Positions 30,347 to 39,910 of a DNA stretch of 64,000 nt are shown one piece after another. Origin of the DNA: an uncultured Oscillospiraceae bacterium (GTDB lineage: Bacteria > Bacillota > Clostridia > Oscillospirales > Ruminococcaceae). Numbering within the stretch: position 1 is the stretch's first letter; each line of letters begins with the position of its first letter. The notes beneath the pieces were generated by a model. It saw nothing but the letters and a program-made list of their open reading frames with translations, had not been told where the DNA came from and made no database searches. Where the stretch lies: NCBI GenBank assembly GCA_964370605.1, contig CAYJJX010000009.1, positions 2,558-66,557 on the forward strand. Direction: 5' to 3'. The translations under genes and the position numbers were made by a program.

Positions 30347-31018
30347 TTACTTGGGCAGGCGATCGACAATTTTTTCCAGCGCCTGTTTTGCCGCCTGTTG
30401 CTGTGCGGCCTTTTTGCTGTTCGCCGTCCCTCTACCCAACACTTCACCGTCCAGAGTGACCTGCATCTCAAAGAGCTTGTCGTGATCGGGACCGCTTTCG
30501 CTGATTATATCATATATCGGCGGATTGTCAAAATATTTTTGAACATACTCCTGCAACCGAGTCTTATAGTCGTCCCGTCGATCGATATTATCAAGATAGC
30601 GCGAGAGAAACTCTTCTGCCTGTTCGATGCCGGAATCGAGAAACAAAGCACCGAGAAGCGCTTCAAAGGCATCTGCAAGTATAGAAGGCCGACGGTCACC
30701 ACCGCCGGCACGTTCTCCCTTGCCGAGTAATAAAAATTTCCCAAGCCCTAGTGCGCGAGCCATGGAGCAAAGACTGTCCTCACAGACCAGCCCTGCCCTC
30801 ATTCGGGTCAGTTCCCCCTCGGGACAGCTTTCAAATTCACGATAGAGTTTTCGTGACACCACGAGCGATAATACACTGTCACCCAAAAACTCCAGCCGCT
30901 CGTTGCTATGCGAGCCGGAGCGTGCCTCGTTGGCATAACTTGAATGGGTCAAGGCAGTTTTAAGCAACTCTTTGTCACTGAACTCATAGCCTATCTTTTT
31001 TTGAAGCTCTTCCAACAC
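30347..31018 (-). CDS. rnc: Ribonuclease III
   Basis: 223 aa with the signature NERLEFLGDSVL and a C-terminal dsRBD. GTG start behind GAAAGGGG. Confidence 0.93.
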   Translation of the reverse strand: MLEELQKKIGYEFSDKELLKTALTHSSYANEARSGSHSNERLEFLGDSVLSLVVSRKLYREFESCPEGELTRMRAGLVCEDSLCSMARALGLGKFLLLGKGERAGGGDRRPSILADAFEALLGALFLDSGIEQAEEFLSRYLDNIDRRDDYKTRLQEYVQKYFDNPPIYDIISESGPDHDKLFEMQVTLDGEVLGRGTANSKKAAQQQAAKQALEKIVDRLPK

Positions 31019-31139
31019 CGATTTACCCCTTTCGACTTATTTATACTCCTTCAACTTAGGACATTATTTTGTGTTGCTTTTCCATCATTTGAAATATTTT
31101 CTGTCCCACCTGCCGGCGATATACTGCGATTCGTCAGTA

Positions 31140-32138
31140 TTATTCTTCCTGCGCCGAGGAGGCAAGACCGGTCTCGATGTGTGTGCAAACACCCGATTCT
31201 GCGGCGGAGATCGCCTGACGAACCGCATTCATGATCGCCTTTGCATCGGAGGAACCGTGTGCCTTGATCACCGTCTTGGTAACACCGAGCAGTGGCGAGC
31301 CACCAATCTCGGACGGGTCAAGCTTTGCCTTGAACGATTTGAAACCGTCTTTCAGCATCAGCGCCGCCATCTTGGTCTTGAAACTCTTGAACAACATTTC
31401 TTTCAGCGACACCGTCATCATTTTTGCGACACCCTCGGCGGTCTTTAACAGTATGTTGCCCGAAAAGCCGTCGGTTATGATCACATCGACACCGCCGATG
31501 AACACCGTCTTTGCCTCGGCAAAGCCGACATAGTTGAGATCGCTGTCACGAAGAAGTTTTGCTGCCTCTTGCTCCAGCTCACGTCCTTTGCTCTCCTCTG
31601 TGCCGTTGCACAGTATCGCAATTCTCGGATTTTCCACCTTCATGACACCTTTTGCAAAGGCATCACCCATACGGGCAAACTGTAAAAACATCTCTTTGCG
31701 GCACTCGGTGTTTGCTCCGGTATCGACAAGCAATATATTGTTTTGCACGCCGGGGAGCACGGTGCCGATTGCGGCACGCTTCACACCCTTGATTCGCTTG
31801 ACGATGAGGGTTGCACCTGCCAAAACACCGCCGGTCGAGCCAGCCGAAACAAGACAGTCGCCTCGACCCTCTTTCAGCTCGTTCAGCGCCACATACAGCG
31901 AGGTGGTCTTGCGCTTGATGATGGTGGAGGGATCTTCGCAGATGTCAAACTCGTCCTCGGCATCCACTAGGTCAATGCCGTCAAGACTAAGCCCCATTTT
32001 CTCGGCACAAGCTTTCACCTTTTCAATGTTGCCGCAAAGCGAAATGTCGGCATCGTATGCCTGTTTCGCTATAACTGCACCCTGCACCACACAGTCAGGT
32101 GAATGATCTCCGCCAAAAGCGTCTAAAATTACTCTCAT
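31140..32138 (-). CDS. plsX: Phosphate acyltransferase PlsX
   Basis: 332 aa with MRVILDAFGGDHSP and typical PlsX length and order upstream of rnc. Confidence 0.92.
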   Translation of the reverse strand: MRVILDAFGGDHSPDCVVQGAVIAKQAYDADISLCGNIEKVKACAEKMGLSLDGIDLVDAEDEFDICEDPSTIIKRKTTSLYVALNELKEGRGDCLVSAGSTGGVLAGATLIVKRIKGVKRAAIGTVLPGVQNNILLVDTGANTECRKEMFLQFARMGDAFAKGVMKVENPRIAILCNGTEESKGRELEQEAAKLLRDSDLNYVGFAEAKTVFIGGVDVIITDGFSGNILLKTAEGVAKMMTVSLKEMLFKSFKTKMAALMLKDGFKSFKAKLDPSEIGGSPLLGVTKTVIKAHGSSDAKAIMNAVRQAISAAESGVCTHIETGLASSAQEE

Positions 32139-32158
32139 CCGATTTTTCCTTTCATCAT

Positions 32159-32983
32159 CTAAAATAATCGTTCTAATAATATCTCATATATCATGCCGGA
32201 AAAGGCAATCAAAACAAAATAGAAAAACATGCTCACCGACAGCGCCACATCCTTTTTGGTAAAGGTCATTCGGTGCAATCGTGTTCTTCCCTTTCCGCCG
32301 TTATAGCAGCGGCACTCCATCGCCATGGCAAGCTCGTCGGCACGACGAAAGGCGGAGACAAAAAGGGGAATCAATATCGGTATCATGGCACGGACACGTA
32401 CCGCAATACTGCCCTCTTCAAAGCGTGCGCCCCTCGCCTTTTGGGCGGTAATTATCTTGTCCGTCTCGTCGAGCAGTGTCGGAATAAAGCGTAGCGCAAT
32501 GGTCATCATCATGGCAAGTTCATGCACCGGCAATCTTATCAGTTTAAGCGGTGCCATGACCGACTCTATCGCCGCCGTCAGCTGAATAGGCGAAGTGGTG
32601 TAGGTCAGCAGCGATGACCCGATTATCAAAAGACCGATTCTCACCGCCATCAACAGTGCAAATCCGAGACCCTCATAGGTCAACGAGATGCCAAAAACGG
32701 TGAATATCGCACGACCCGGTATAAAAAAACCGTTTAGCACAAAGGTGAAAATTAGTATCGGGGCTATTGGTTTCAAACTTTTGAGCACCAATTTGAAAGG
32801 GACAGTAGATGTTTTGTAGGCGATTAATATCAATATAAACGCAAGCGCCGCGCCGAGAGGATTGGAATTTATAAAGAGAACAACAGCATATCCGACGGTC
32901 AACAACAGTTTCAGACGAGGGTCGGCTCGATGTAACAGCGAGTCCCCCGGCAGATGTTGCCCTATCGTGATATCCTTCAACAT
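32159..32983 (-). CDS. ecfT: ECF transporter transmembrane component EcfT
   Basis: 274 aa with HRADPRLKLL and ARGAR coupling-helix motifs. It follows two EcfA genes. Confidence 0.88.
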   Translation of the reverse strand: MLKDITIGQHLPGDSLLHRADPRLKLLLTVGYAVVLFINSNPLGAALAFILILIAYKTSTVPFKLVLKSLKPIAPILIFTFVLNGFFIPGRAIFTVFGISLTYEGLGFALLMAVRIGLLIIGSSLLTYTTSPIQLTAAIESVMAPLKLIRLPVHELAMMMTIALRFIPTLLDETDKIITAQKARGARFEEGSIAVRVRAMIPILIPLFVSAFRRADELAMAMECRCYNGGKGRTRLHRMTFTKKDVALSVSMFFYFVLIAFSGMIYEILLERLF

Positions 32984-32985
32984 TA

Positions 32986-33840
32986 TTATAAGCGTCCCTT
33001 CTTTAAACGTTCCGACAACTGTTTTGCCGCATAATCTATTGTATACACATCGGTGGAAATGTCAATACCCGCTTTTTTCAGCTCCAAAAACAAGGTGGTC
33101 ACCTCCGGCACCGAAAGTTTGAGATCGGCGAGTTCCTGTGAGCGTGCAAAAATGTTTGGTATAGTATCATAAAAGGCAATACTTCCATCATAAAGCACCA
33201 TGACCTTTTCGGCATATTCCGCGATGTCGTCCATCGAGTGGGATATCAAAATTACGGTGGAGCCGGTCTCGTCACGATATCCTTTGAGCAGTGTCAAAAG
33301 GCTCTCTCGCCCTGCCGGATCCAGTCCTGCTACCGGCTCGTCCAATATAAGCACACTGGGTTGCATCGACAATACACCGGCGATCGCTACCCGTCGCTTT
33401 TGTCCGCCTGAGAGCTCAAACGGGCTCTTTTCCAAAAGTTCCTCTTCAAGCCCCATCGCCTCGGCGGCATGACGTACCCTTATGTCCACCTCATCGGCGG
33501 AGAGCCCCATGTTTTTGGGTCCGAACGCGATATCTTCATACACCGTCTCGCTGAAAAGCTGGTGTTCCGGCATCTGAAAACAAATCCCGATTTTAAAGCG
33601 AAGTGAGCGGTCCACCTTTTGACCGGTTCCATACTCAACACCGTCCAGCGACACTTTGCCGCTGTCCGCCTTTTTCAGTCCGCCGAGTATCGAGACAAGT
33701 GTCGATTTTCCACTGCCCGTAGCGCCGATAAGCCCCACAAACGCATTGTCCTCGATCTCGAAATTTATGTCCTTTAGCACCTCGTTCACACCTGCAAGCG
33801 GCGAGCGATAGGCAAAACTCATGTTTTCCACCTTTAACAC
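32986..33840 (-). CDS. ecfA2: ECF transporter ATPase EcfA2
   Basis: 284 aa with Walker A GATGSGKST, signature LSGGQKRR and Walker B LILDEP. Confidence 0.88.
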   Translation of the reverse strand: MLKVENMSFAYRSPLAGVNEVLKDINFEIEDNAFVGLIGATGSGKSTLVSILGGLKKADSGKVSLDGVEYGTGQKVDRSLRFKIGICFQMPEHQLFSETVYEDIAFGPKNMGLSADEVDIRVRHAAEAMGLEEELLEKSPFELSGGQKRRVAIAGVLSMQPSVLILDEPVAGLDPAGRESLLTLLKGYRDETGSTVILISHSMDDIAEYAEKVMVLYDGSIAFYDTIPNIFARSQELADLKLSVPEVTTLFLELKKAGIDISTDVYTIDYAAKQLSERLKKGRL

Positions 33841-34673
33841 TCTTCCACCTCCCTCTTGCTAAGGAGCGGTATCAAAAACTCTTTCGCCTGCGGGGCGGTC
33901 AACACACCGCTCGGAACGTCGATTCCTTGCCTGCGCAGTTTGTCGAACAGCGTTTTTATCGCCGGCGGTCGAAGACTGTACTTCCTCAACCGTTCATTGT
34001 CGGAAAACACCTCGGCGGGAGTTCCCTCCAGCACCTTTTTACCTTGCGCCATAATAACGACACGGTCGGCGGTAAGAGCCTCCTCCATGTAATGGGTGAT
34101 ATGTATCACCGTGATTCCGAGCTCTTCACCGAGACGGTGTGCAACGCCCAGCACCGAGGCACGACCGTTTGGGTCGAGCATGGCGGTGGACTCGTCCAAC
34201 ACAAGATATTTCGGACGCATGGCAAGCACACCCGCAATCGCCACACGTTGTTTTTGTCCACCCGACAGCTTGTGCGGTTCTGACCGTGCAAACCGAGTAA
34301 TACCGGTCATCTCCATCGCCTCGTCGATACGCTGTCTAATCTCGTTTGGCGGAACTCCAAGATTTTCCGGTGCAAACGCAACATCTTCTTCCACGATGGT
34401 GGCGACAATCTGGTTGTCGGGATTTTGAAACACCATTCCGACCTTGCGACGAATGTCAAGCAGATTTTCGGTCGAGGCGGTGGATATCCCGTCCACAATC
34501 ACCTCACCTTTAGACGGCAACAACAGGGCACAGAGCAACTTCGCAAGCGTGGATTTTCCGCTTCCGTTTGCACCGAGGATGCAAAGCACCTCCCCTTCAT
34601 TTATGTCCAGCGACATGCCGCAAAGGGCCTCACCCTCACCGTAGCTGTAACTAACATCGTCAATTTTTATCAA
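33834..34673 (-). CDS. ecfA1: ECF transporter ATPase EcfA1
   Basis: 279 aa with GANGSGKST, LSGGQKQR and LVLDES. It overlaps the ecfA2 start by 7 nt. Confidence 0.88.
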   Translation of the reverse strand: MIKIDDVSYSYGEGEALCGMSLDINEGEVLCILGANGSGKSTLAKLLCALLLPSKGEVIVDGISTASTENLLDIRRKVGMVFQNPDNQIVATIVEEDVAFAPENLGVPPNEIRQRIDEAMEMTGITRFARSEPHKLSGGQKQRVAIAGVLAMRPKYLVLDESTAMLDPNGRASVLGVAHRLGEELGITVIHITHYMEEALTADRVVIMAQGKKVLEGTPAEVFSDNERLRKYSLRPPAIKTLFDKLRRQGIDVPSGVLTAPQAKEFLIPLLSKREVEEC

Positions 34674-34691
34674 CTTAAATTCCTTTATTTT

Positions 34692-35546
34692 TTAAAACGT
34701 CGCTATCGCACTGCCGCCGCAGGGCAGTACCATGTTTGTTCCTTCCACCGCAATACCGATCTCGTCCGCTTCAACCTTCATGCCGCCTCGGTCGCAGTAG
34801 CGATTTATCAACATCGCCGACACTGCCGGTGAAATCCCGGCGGTATAGCCGTTGACGGTCAAAAACAGCGGCTCGTCCGACAGCAGTGCCACCGCGTTAC
34901 TTATGAGTGGTGCAAGCTCTTTTTCAATCTGCCATATCTCACCCGACGGCCCACGTCCGTAGCTTGGCGGATCCATGATTATGCCGTCATATTTGTTGCC
35001 ACGGCGCTGTTCCCGAAGCAAAAATGCGGCGGCATCGTCTACCAGCCATCTACAAGGATGTTTTTCAAGACCGCTCAGTTGAGCGTTTTCCCTTGCCCAT
35101 GCCACCATGCCTTTTGAGGCATCGACATGCACGAGTTGTGCCGAGGCGGCAAGGCAGGCGAGTGTTGCGGCACCGGTGTAGCCGAACAAATTCAGCACTT
35201 TTGCACCGGGTCGATTTTTCAGACGCTCGGCATAAAAATCCCAGTTTACCGCCTGCTCCGGAAAAAGCCCTGTGTGCTTGAATCCGGTGGGGGAAATCAC
35301 AAACTTCAAATCCCTGTATGAGATGTTCCATCTCTCGGGCAGTTTGGTGCGATACTCCCAGCTGCCACCCCCCGAAGAGGAACGATGATATACTGCGTCC
35401 GCCTTGTCCCAAAGATGTGGGGCATACGGCTCGCCGATGGCGACCGGATCGGGTCGGCTGAGCAGATAGTCTCCCCAGCGCTCTAACCTTCGCCCGTCTC
35501 CGACGTCCAATAATTTATAGTCGCTCCAATGCGAGGATGTTCTCAT
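34692..35546 (-). CDS. Class I SAM-dependent methyltransferase (RlmI/YwbD-like rRNA methyltransferase catalytic domain)
   Basis: Start trimmed to ATG 35546 (MRTSSHWSDYKLL). Motifs VLNLFGYTGAATLA and IIMDPPSYGRG. Confidence 0.8.
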   Translation of the reverse strand: MRTSSHWSDYKLLDVGDGRRLERWGDYLLSRPDPVAIGEPYAPHLWDKADAVYHRSSSGGGSWEYRTKLPERWNISYRDLKFVISPTGFKHTGLFPEQAVNWDFYAERLKNRPGAKVLNLFGYTGAATLACLAASAQLVHVDASKGMVAWARENAQLSGLEKHPCRWLVDDAAAFLLREQRRGNKYDGIIMDPPSYGRGPSGEIWQIEKELAPLISNAVALLSDEPLFLTVNGYTAGISPAVSAMLINRYCDRGGMKVEADEIGIAVEGTNMVLPCGGSAIATF

Positions 35547-35695
35547 TATGTCTGTTTCCTTTATTGTTAGACAAGTGCAAAATTCACTTCTGGATAAAAA
35601 CTTCGAACTAAAAATGAACAACTGATATATATTTAGATAATTTATTGTTTAAGCCACGATTCAACTCGTGTGAGATGTCGCATACTGACAATCTC

Positions 35696-35727
35696 AGTTC
35701 TTCACTTTTAGCTCTTAGTTCTTCACT
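35696..35727. repeat. Direct repeat AGTTCTTCACT x2 with 21-nt phasing (possible operator upstream of the methyltransferase-ecf operon)
   Basis: The two copies are at 35696-35706 and 35717-35727, in the glmM / methyltransferase intergenic region. Confidence 0.7.
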
Positions 35728-35756
35728 CCACGTGGTTTACGCATGGCTATTATTGT

Positions 35757-37121
35757 TTATGCGAACTTAGATAATCGCTCTGTAATCTTTTTAGCGATAA
35801 GCTCTGCCACCACCTCGATGCGCTCCGAGTCCTTACCCTCGACCATGACACGTATCAGCGGCTCTGTTCCGGACAGGCGCACCAAGACACGTCCCTCGCC
35901 CATAAGTGCCTGTTGCTGTGCCTCAATAAAGCCCTCGATATACTCATCGGTACGATAATGATCCTTGCCGGCGGGTGATACCCGCAGATTTTTGATGACC
36001 TGTGGGAATTTCTTGTATACCTGTGTGATTTCACTGGCGGTGCGGTGAGTGCCCGCAAGAAGTTGCAAAAGTTTTGCGGCGGTCAGTTGTCCGTCACCGG
36101 TCGTGGAATGTTTGAGCAGGATAAGATGTCCGCTCTGTTCGCCGCCGATGTCAAACCCTTCTTCACGCATGTTCTCAAGAACATAGCGGTCGCCAACGGC
36201 GGTGGTGGAACAGGTGATTCCGATCGACTTCATATACTGCATAAAGCCAAGGTTAGACATAACGGTCACAACAACGGTATTTTTCGTCAGCTCGCCTTTT
36301 CCCATCATGTCGGTGGCGAGTGCGGCGATGATTCGGTCGCCGTCTAGCTCGTTGCCTTTCTCGTCGATGCAAAGACAACGGTCGGCATCACCGTCAAAAG
36401 CAACTCCGATGTCATATCCGCCTGTTAGCACCTTTTCACGCAGATTGTCAAGATAGGTGGAACCGCAATCTTTATTGATGTTCACACCGTCCGGCTCTGC
36501 ACCGATGATGTCAAACTCGACTCCAAGCTTTTTGAATAAAAGCGGCGCTGTTTGGCTGGCGGCGCCGTTTGCACAGTCCAGCAGAACACGCAGTCCGTCT
36601 ATATTTTCACCGATACAGCCTGCAATATATTCGACATAATCATCGACCCCGTCTTCACAGTAGGTTATCCGGCCGCTCGCATCACCTGCTACCATCTCGA
36701 TGCTTGACTGTTTTTCCGGATCAAGAATAAAACTCTCTATCTCGTTTTCGACATCGTCCGGCAGTTTATAACCGTCATAGTTAAAAATCTTTATGCCGTT
36801 GAACTCGGCAGGATTGTGAGACGCAGAGATGACAAAACCGGCGCTGGCGTGATATTTTCGGGTCAACTGCGCCACGGCAGGCGTTGGCAATACACCGAGA
36901 AACAACACGTCGCAACCCACCGAACATATTCCGGCAGAAAGCGCCGCACGAAGCATGTCGCCGCTTATGCGGGTGTCACAACCGATTACATAGAGCGGTT
37001 TCTCTTTTGAGGTTTTGGAGAGCACTGCGGCGGTCGCACGACCAACCTTCATGGCAAGTTCCGGCGTCAGCTCACTTCCTGCGACACCTCTTATTCCGTC
37101 TGTTCCAAATAATTTCCCCAT
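35757..37121 (-). CDS. glmM: Phosphoglucosamine mutase
   Basis: Start trimmed to ATG 37121 (MGKLFGTDGIRG). Active-site loop is VISASHNPAEFNGIK. Confidence 0.93.
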   Translation of the reverse strand: MGKLFGTDGIRGVAGSELTPELAMKVGRATAAVLSKTSKEKPLYVIGCDTRISGDMLRAALSAGICSVGCDVLFLGVLPTPAVAQLTRKYHASAGFVISASHNPAEFNGIKIFNYDGYKLPDDVENEIESFILDPEKQSSIEMVAGDASGRITYCEDGVDDYVEYIAGCIGENIDGLRVLLDCANGAASQTAPLLFKKLGVEFDIIGAEPDGVNINKDCGSTYLDNLREKVLTGGYDIGVAFDGDADRCLCIDEKGNELDGDRIIAALATDMMGKGELTKNTVVVTVMSNLGFMQYMKSIGITCSTTAVGDRYVLENMREEGFDIGGEQSGHLILLKHSTTGDGQLTAAKLLQLLAGTHRTASEITQVYKKFPQVIKNLRVSPAGKDHYRTDEYIEGFIEAQQQALMGEGRVLVRLSGTEPLIRVMVEGKDSERIEVVAELIAKKITERLSKFA

Positions 37122-37321
37122 AGATTCATATCCCCCTTTGTTTACATTGTTTAGCATTAGTTAAATATATTCTCAATCAAACACAATTATAGTCATTCAA
37201 TTTGAAAAACGATACAAGATTGCCGAGCAGAAATTTCGCCTATCAAGGCGTGAGGGTATTGACGACAACACAGAGAGACGGAATTTCTGCCGGGAAAATG
37301 TGTTGGTTATTAAATTGAAAA

Positions 37322-38368
37322 TCAAATAAAGCTGAGCTGTGCGGTATCACCGTCTGGTTTCGGCGGTTTGAAGCCCAATCGGTCATATGCGGCCGGTGTA
37401 ACCACACGACCTCTTGGGGTGCGAGACAGAAAGCCCTGCTGCATCAGATACGGCTCACAGACGTCTTCCAACGTCACCGCCTCCTCTCCGAGCGCCGCCG
37501 CAAGTGTATCAAGCCCGACCGGCCCTCCTCCATAGAGTTCGATTATCGCCCTCAAAAGACTGCGGTCAAGGCGGTCAAGACCGCCGTCGTCGATGTCAAG
37601 ACGCTTGAAAGCGTCCTCAACCGCTTTTTTATCGATTATCCCATCGCCCAACACATCGGCAAAATCCCGAACACGGCGAAGCAGTCGGTTGGCAACTCGA
37701 GGGGTGCCTCTTGCCGCTACCGACAATGTTTCAGAACCTTCTACATCACAAGGAATCCCGAGAATTCCGGCACTGCGACGAATGATTTCCGATATTTCAC
37801 TGCGATCATAGAGATCCAGTTTCAACAAAACACCGAAACGATCGCGAAGCGGACCTGTCATCTGTCCTGCACGTGTGGTCGCTCCGACCAGCGTAAACTT
37901 CGGTAAATTTATCCGAATAGACTGTGCCGAAGGTCCTTTACCGATGATAATATCCAGTGCAAAATCTTCCAACGCTGGATAAAGCACCTCTTCAACCTGA
38001 CGTGAAAGGCGGTGAATTTCATCAATGAAGAGCACGTCACCTTCCTGCAAATTGGTTAACAGGGCGGCAAGGTCGCCTGCTTTCTCGATGGCAGGGCCAC
38101 TGGTTATACGAATCTGCACCCCCATCTCGGCGGCAATGATTCCGGCAAGTGTTGTCTTGCCAAGTCCCGGTGGGCCATAAAGCAGAATATGATCCAGTGG
38201 CTCGCCACGTTTTTTTGCGGCGGCAATATAGACCGAAAGGTTTTCCTTTATCTTTTGTTGCCCAATATATTCGCTCAGCGTTTTGGGGCGCAGTGAACCC
38301 TCCGAGTCGCCGTCCTCTACGGTCGGCTCGGGGGAAAGAAGTCGCAGATCATCGCTTTGTTCAAACAT
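37322..38368 (-). CDS. ruvB: Holliday junction branch-migration helicase RuvB
   Basis: 348 aa with [12 protein letters not shown], Walker [10 protein letters not shown] and DEIHRL. Confidence 0.95.
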   Translation of the reverse strand: MFEQSDDLRLLSPEPTVEDGDSEGSLRPKTLSEYIGQQKIKENLSVYIAAAKKRGEPLDHILLYGPPGLGKTTLAGIIAAEMGVQIRITSGPAIEKAGDLAALLTNLQEGDVLFIDEIHRLSRQVEEVLYPALEDFALDIIIGKGPSAQSIRINLPKFTLVGATTRAGQMTGPLRDRFGVLLKLDLYDRSEISEIIRRSAGILGIPCDVEGSETLSVAARGTPRVANRLLRRVRDFADVLGDGIIDKKAVEDAFKRLDIDDGGLDRLDRSLLRAIIELYGGGPVGLDTLAAALGEEAVTLEDVCEPYLMQQGFLSRTPRGRVVTPAAYDRLGFKPPKPDGDTAQLSFI

Positions 38369-38384
38369 AGAGGTGTATTATCCT

Positions 38385-38978
38385 TTATTTCTTGTTGAAT
38401 TGTTTTAGTGCATATTTGATAGTGTCTTCCACCGACATTGCGTCGTCGCATCCGGCAACAGCCTGTGCCGCCTCACTTCTGCTATAACCAAGTGAGACAA
38501 GGGCCGCAAGCGCCTGAGCCGCACTTCCCGAAGGAATTTGAGTGGTAACACCGACACCGGCGACACCATCGAAATCCATATTTGTCGCCTTGTCTTTGAG
38601 TTCCAACACGATACGCTGTGCCAACTTTGGACCGACTCCGCTCGCGGCGGTGAACGCCTTGTGATCGGCGGCGGCAATAGCAATCGTGATACCGGACGGT
38701 GACAGGGCATTAAGAATGGCAATCGCCACACGCGGCCCTACGCCCGAAACAGATATAAGCATGGTGAATGTTCGTTGTTGCGCCTCGTTTTCAAAGCCGT
38801 AAAGCTCCAGCGCATCCTCTTTGACATTCAGGTAGGTAAATATCGTCGCCTCTTCTCCGAGATTCAGTCCTACCACCGCATTTGACGGCATCGCCACTCG
38901 AAACCCGACTCCACCACAGACGATCACCGCATCGTCCACCCCTCGGTGTGCAACCTTTCCGGTCAAAGAATGTATCAT
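38385..38978 (-). CDS. ruvA: Holliday junction DNA-binding protein RuvA
   Basis: 197 aa with MIHSLTGKV, HhH motifs SVSGVGPRVA and ASGVGPKLAQRI. Confidence 0.93.
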   Translation of the reverse strand: MIHSLTGKVAHRGVDDAVIVCGGVGFRVAMPSNAVVGLNLGEEATIFTYLNVKEDALELYGFENEAQQRTFTMLISVSGVGPRVAIAILNALSPSGITIAIAAADHKAFTAASGVGPKLAQRIVLELKDKATNMDFDGVAGVGVTTQIPSGSAAQALAALVSLGYSRSEAAQAVAGCDDAMSVEDTIKYALKQFNKK

Positions 38979-39002
38979 GAAAACATATCCTTTCGATAAA
39001 AA

Positions 39003-39500
39003 CTAAACTTCCTCAAGCCTACATGCCGATCCCCGAGAACTGTTGCCCTGACATATTGCTATCGCCACGGCATCCGCCACATCGTCCGGCTTCGGCACTG
39101 TGCGCAGGTTCAGCATTATCCGCACCATCTCCTGCACCTGATTTTTTGTTGCCTTGCCATATCCCGTCACCGCCATTTTCACCTGCAACGGTGTGTATTC
39201 ATAGATTGGCACATTTTTCACCCTTGCCGCAAGCAAAATGACTCCTCTCGCCTCGGCGACGGCAATGGCGGTCTTGTGGTTGTTTGAGAAAAAAAGTTCC
39301 TCCACCGCCATACAGTCGGGTTTATAATGATCAATCAGCTCGCACAGGTCGGTGTATACCGTCGCAAGCCGCTTTGAAAAAGGGTCTTTGGCAGAGGTGG
39401 TGATTGCCCCGCAGTTTTGAAGCAAAAACGTATTTCCGTCAAAATCCACCACCGCCGTGCCGACAATGGCATATCCCGGGTCAATTCCGAGTATTCGCAC
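39003..39500 (-). CDS. ruvC: Crossover junction endodeoxyribonuclease RuvC
   Basis: Start trimmed to GTG 39500 (VRILGIDPGYAIVG), behind GAGGAGAGG. The upstream part of the ORF-track ORF is AT-rich promoter DNA. Confidence 0.85.
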   Translation of the reverse strand: MRILGIDPGYAIVGTAVVDFDGNTFLLQNCGAITTSAKDPFSKRLATVYTDLCELIDHYKPDCMAVEELFFSNNHKTAIAVAEARGVILLAARVKNVPIYEYTPLQVKMAVTGYGKATKNQVQEMVRIMLNLRTVPKPDDVADAVAIAICQGNSSRGSACRLEEV

Positions 39501-39542
39501 ACCTCTCCTCGCATTTAATGAACATGAAAATATATAATAAAC

Positions 39543-39572
39543 ATTATAGCATAAAATATAGCACCTTGTAAA
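39543..39572 (-). promoter_or_regulatory. Promoter for ruvCAB (TTTACA-18-TGcTATAAT)
   Basis: Minus strand reads TTTACAaggtgctatattttaTGCTATAAT. Confidence 0.55.
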
Positions 39573-39781
39573 TGTTCTGAGGGCAAAAATATATTTGTGG
39601 TGCACCGCTTTTCACGGTTCACATACCTGCAATAAACTCAAAAGTGATGCAATCGCTTCGCTGGCGTCATATGAAAGAGATTCTTCGTCACTTTTTGCCT
39701 TGCTTCAGTAGTTTCAATATGTACACTTGAAAACAGGGCAAAAGTTTTGTTCTGAATTTCTGCAAAACAATAAATTTGCTA

Positions 39782-39810
39782 TTGATTATATACAAATTTT
39801 GCATTATAAT
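39782..39810 (+). promoter_or_regulatory. Promoter for the NCS2 permease (TTGATT-17-TATAAT)
   Basis: TTGATTatatacaaattttgcatTATAAT. Confidence 0.5.
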
Positions 39811-39910
39811 CAACTCATATAACGTGGCGCGGAATCTATGAAACCACGTGTTTCTGATATGGCAAGTCGACAGTTGAAACATTTGATCATCGAACAGAAA
39901 GGAAAAGTAC

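Noticed and set aside
31019-31139. Expected acpP (or fab genes) between plsX and rnc.
   Set aside because: The gap is only 121 nt, and its longest ORF is 9 codons. acpP is simply not at this locus; this is not a pseudogene or an annotation miss.
35696-35727. Repeated AGTTCTTCACT considered as a mini CRISPR or other repeat array.
   Set aside because: There are only two 11-nt copies with a 10-nt spacer, and no cas genes or further repeats. I interpreted it as a possible operator.
39745-39765. Palindrome CAGGGCAAAAGTTTTGTTCTG upstream of the permease promoter, considered as a PurR-type box.
   Set aside because: It does not match the PurBox sequence I know and occurs as a single copy. As RNA it would leave a loop of about 1 nt. 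I kept it only as an unassigned DNA palindrome.
39811-39910. Purine-riboswitch-like start (CTCATATAACGTGG...GTTTCT...ATATGGCA) in the leader of the NCS2 purine permease.
   Set aside because: Only one clear helix forms (ACGTGG 39822-27 / CCACGT 39844-49, with a 16-nt loop) plus a 5-bp CATAT/ATATG closing stem. There is no P3 helix, no conserved L2/L3 loops, no 3' P1 strand, and no terminator or anti-SD. The predicted TTGATT-17-TATAAT promoter would start transcription inside the would-be P1. An Infernal scan with the purine model would settle it.
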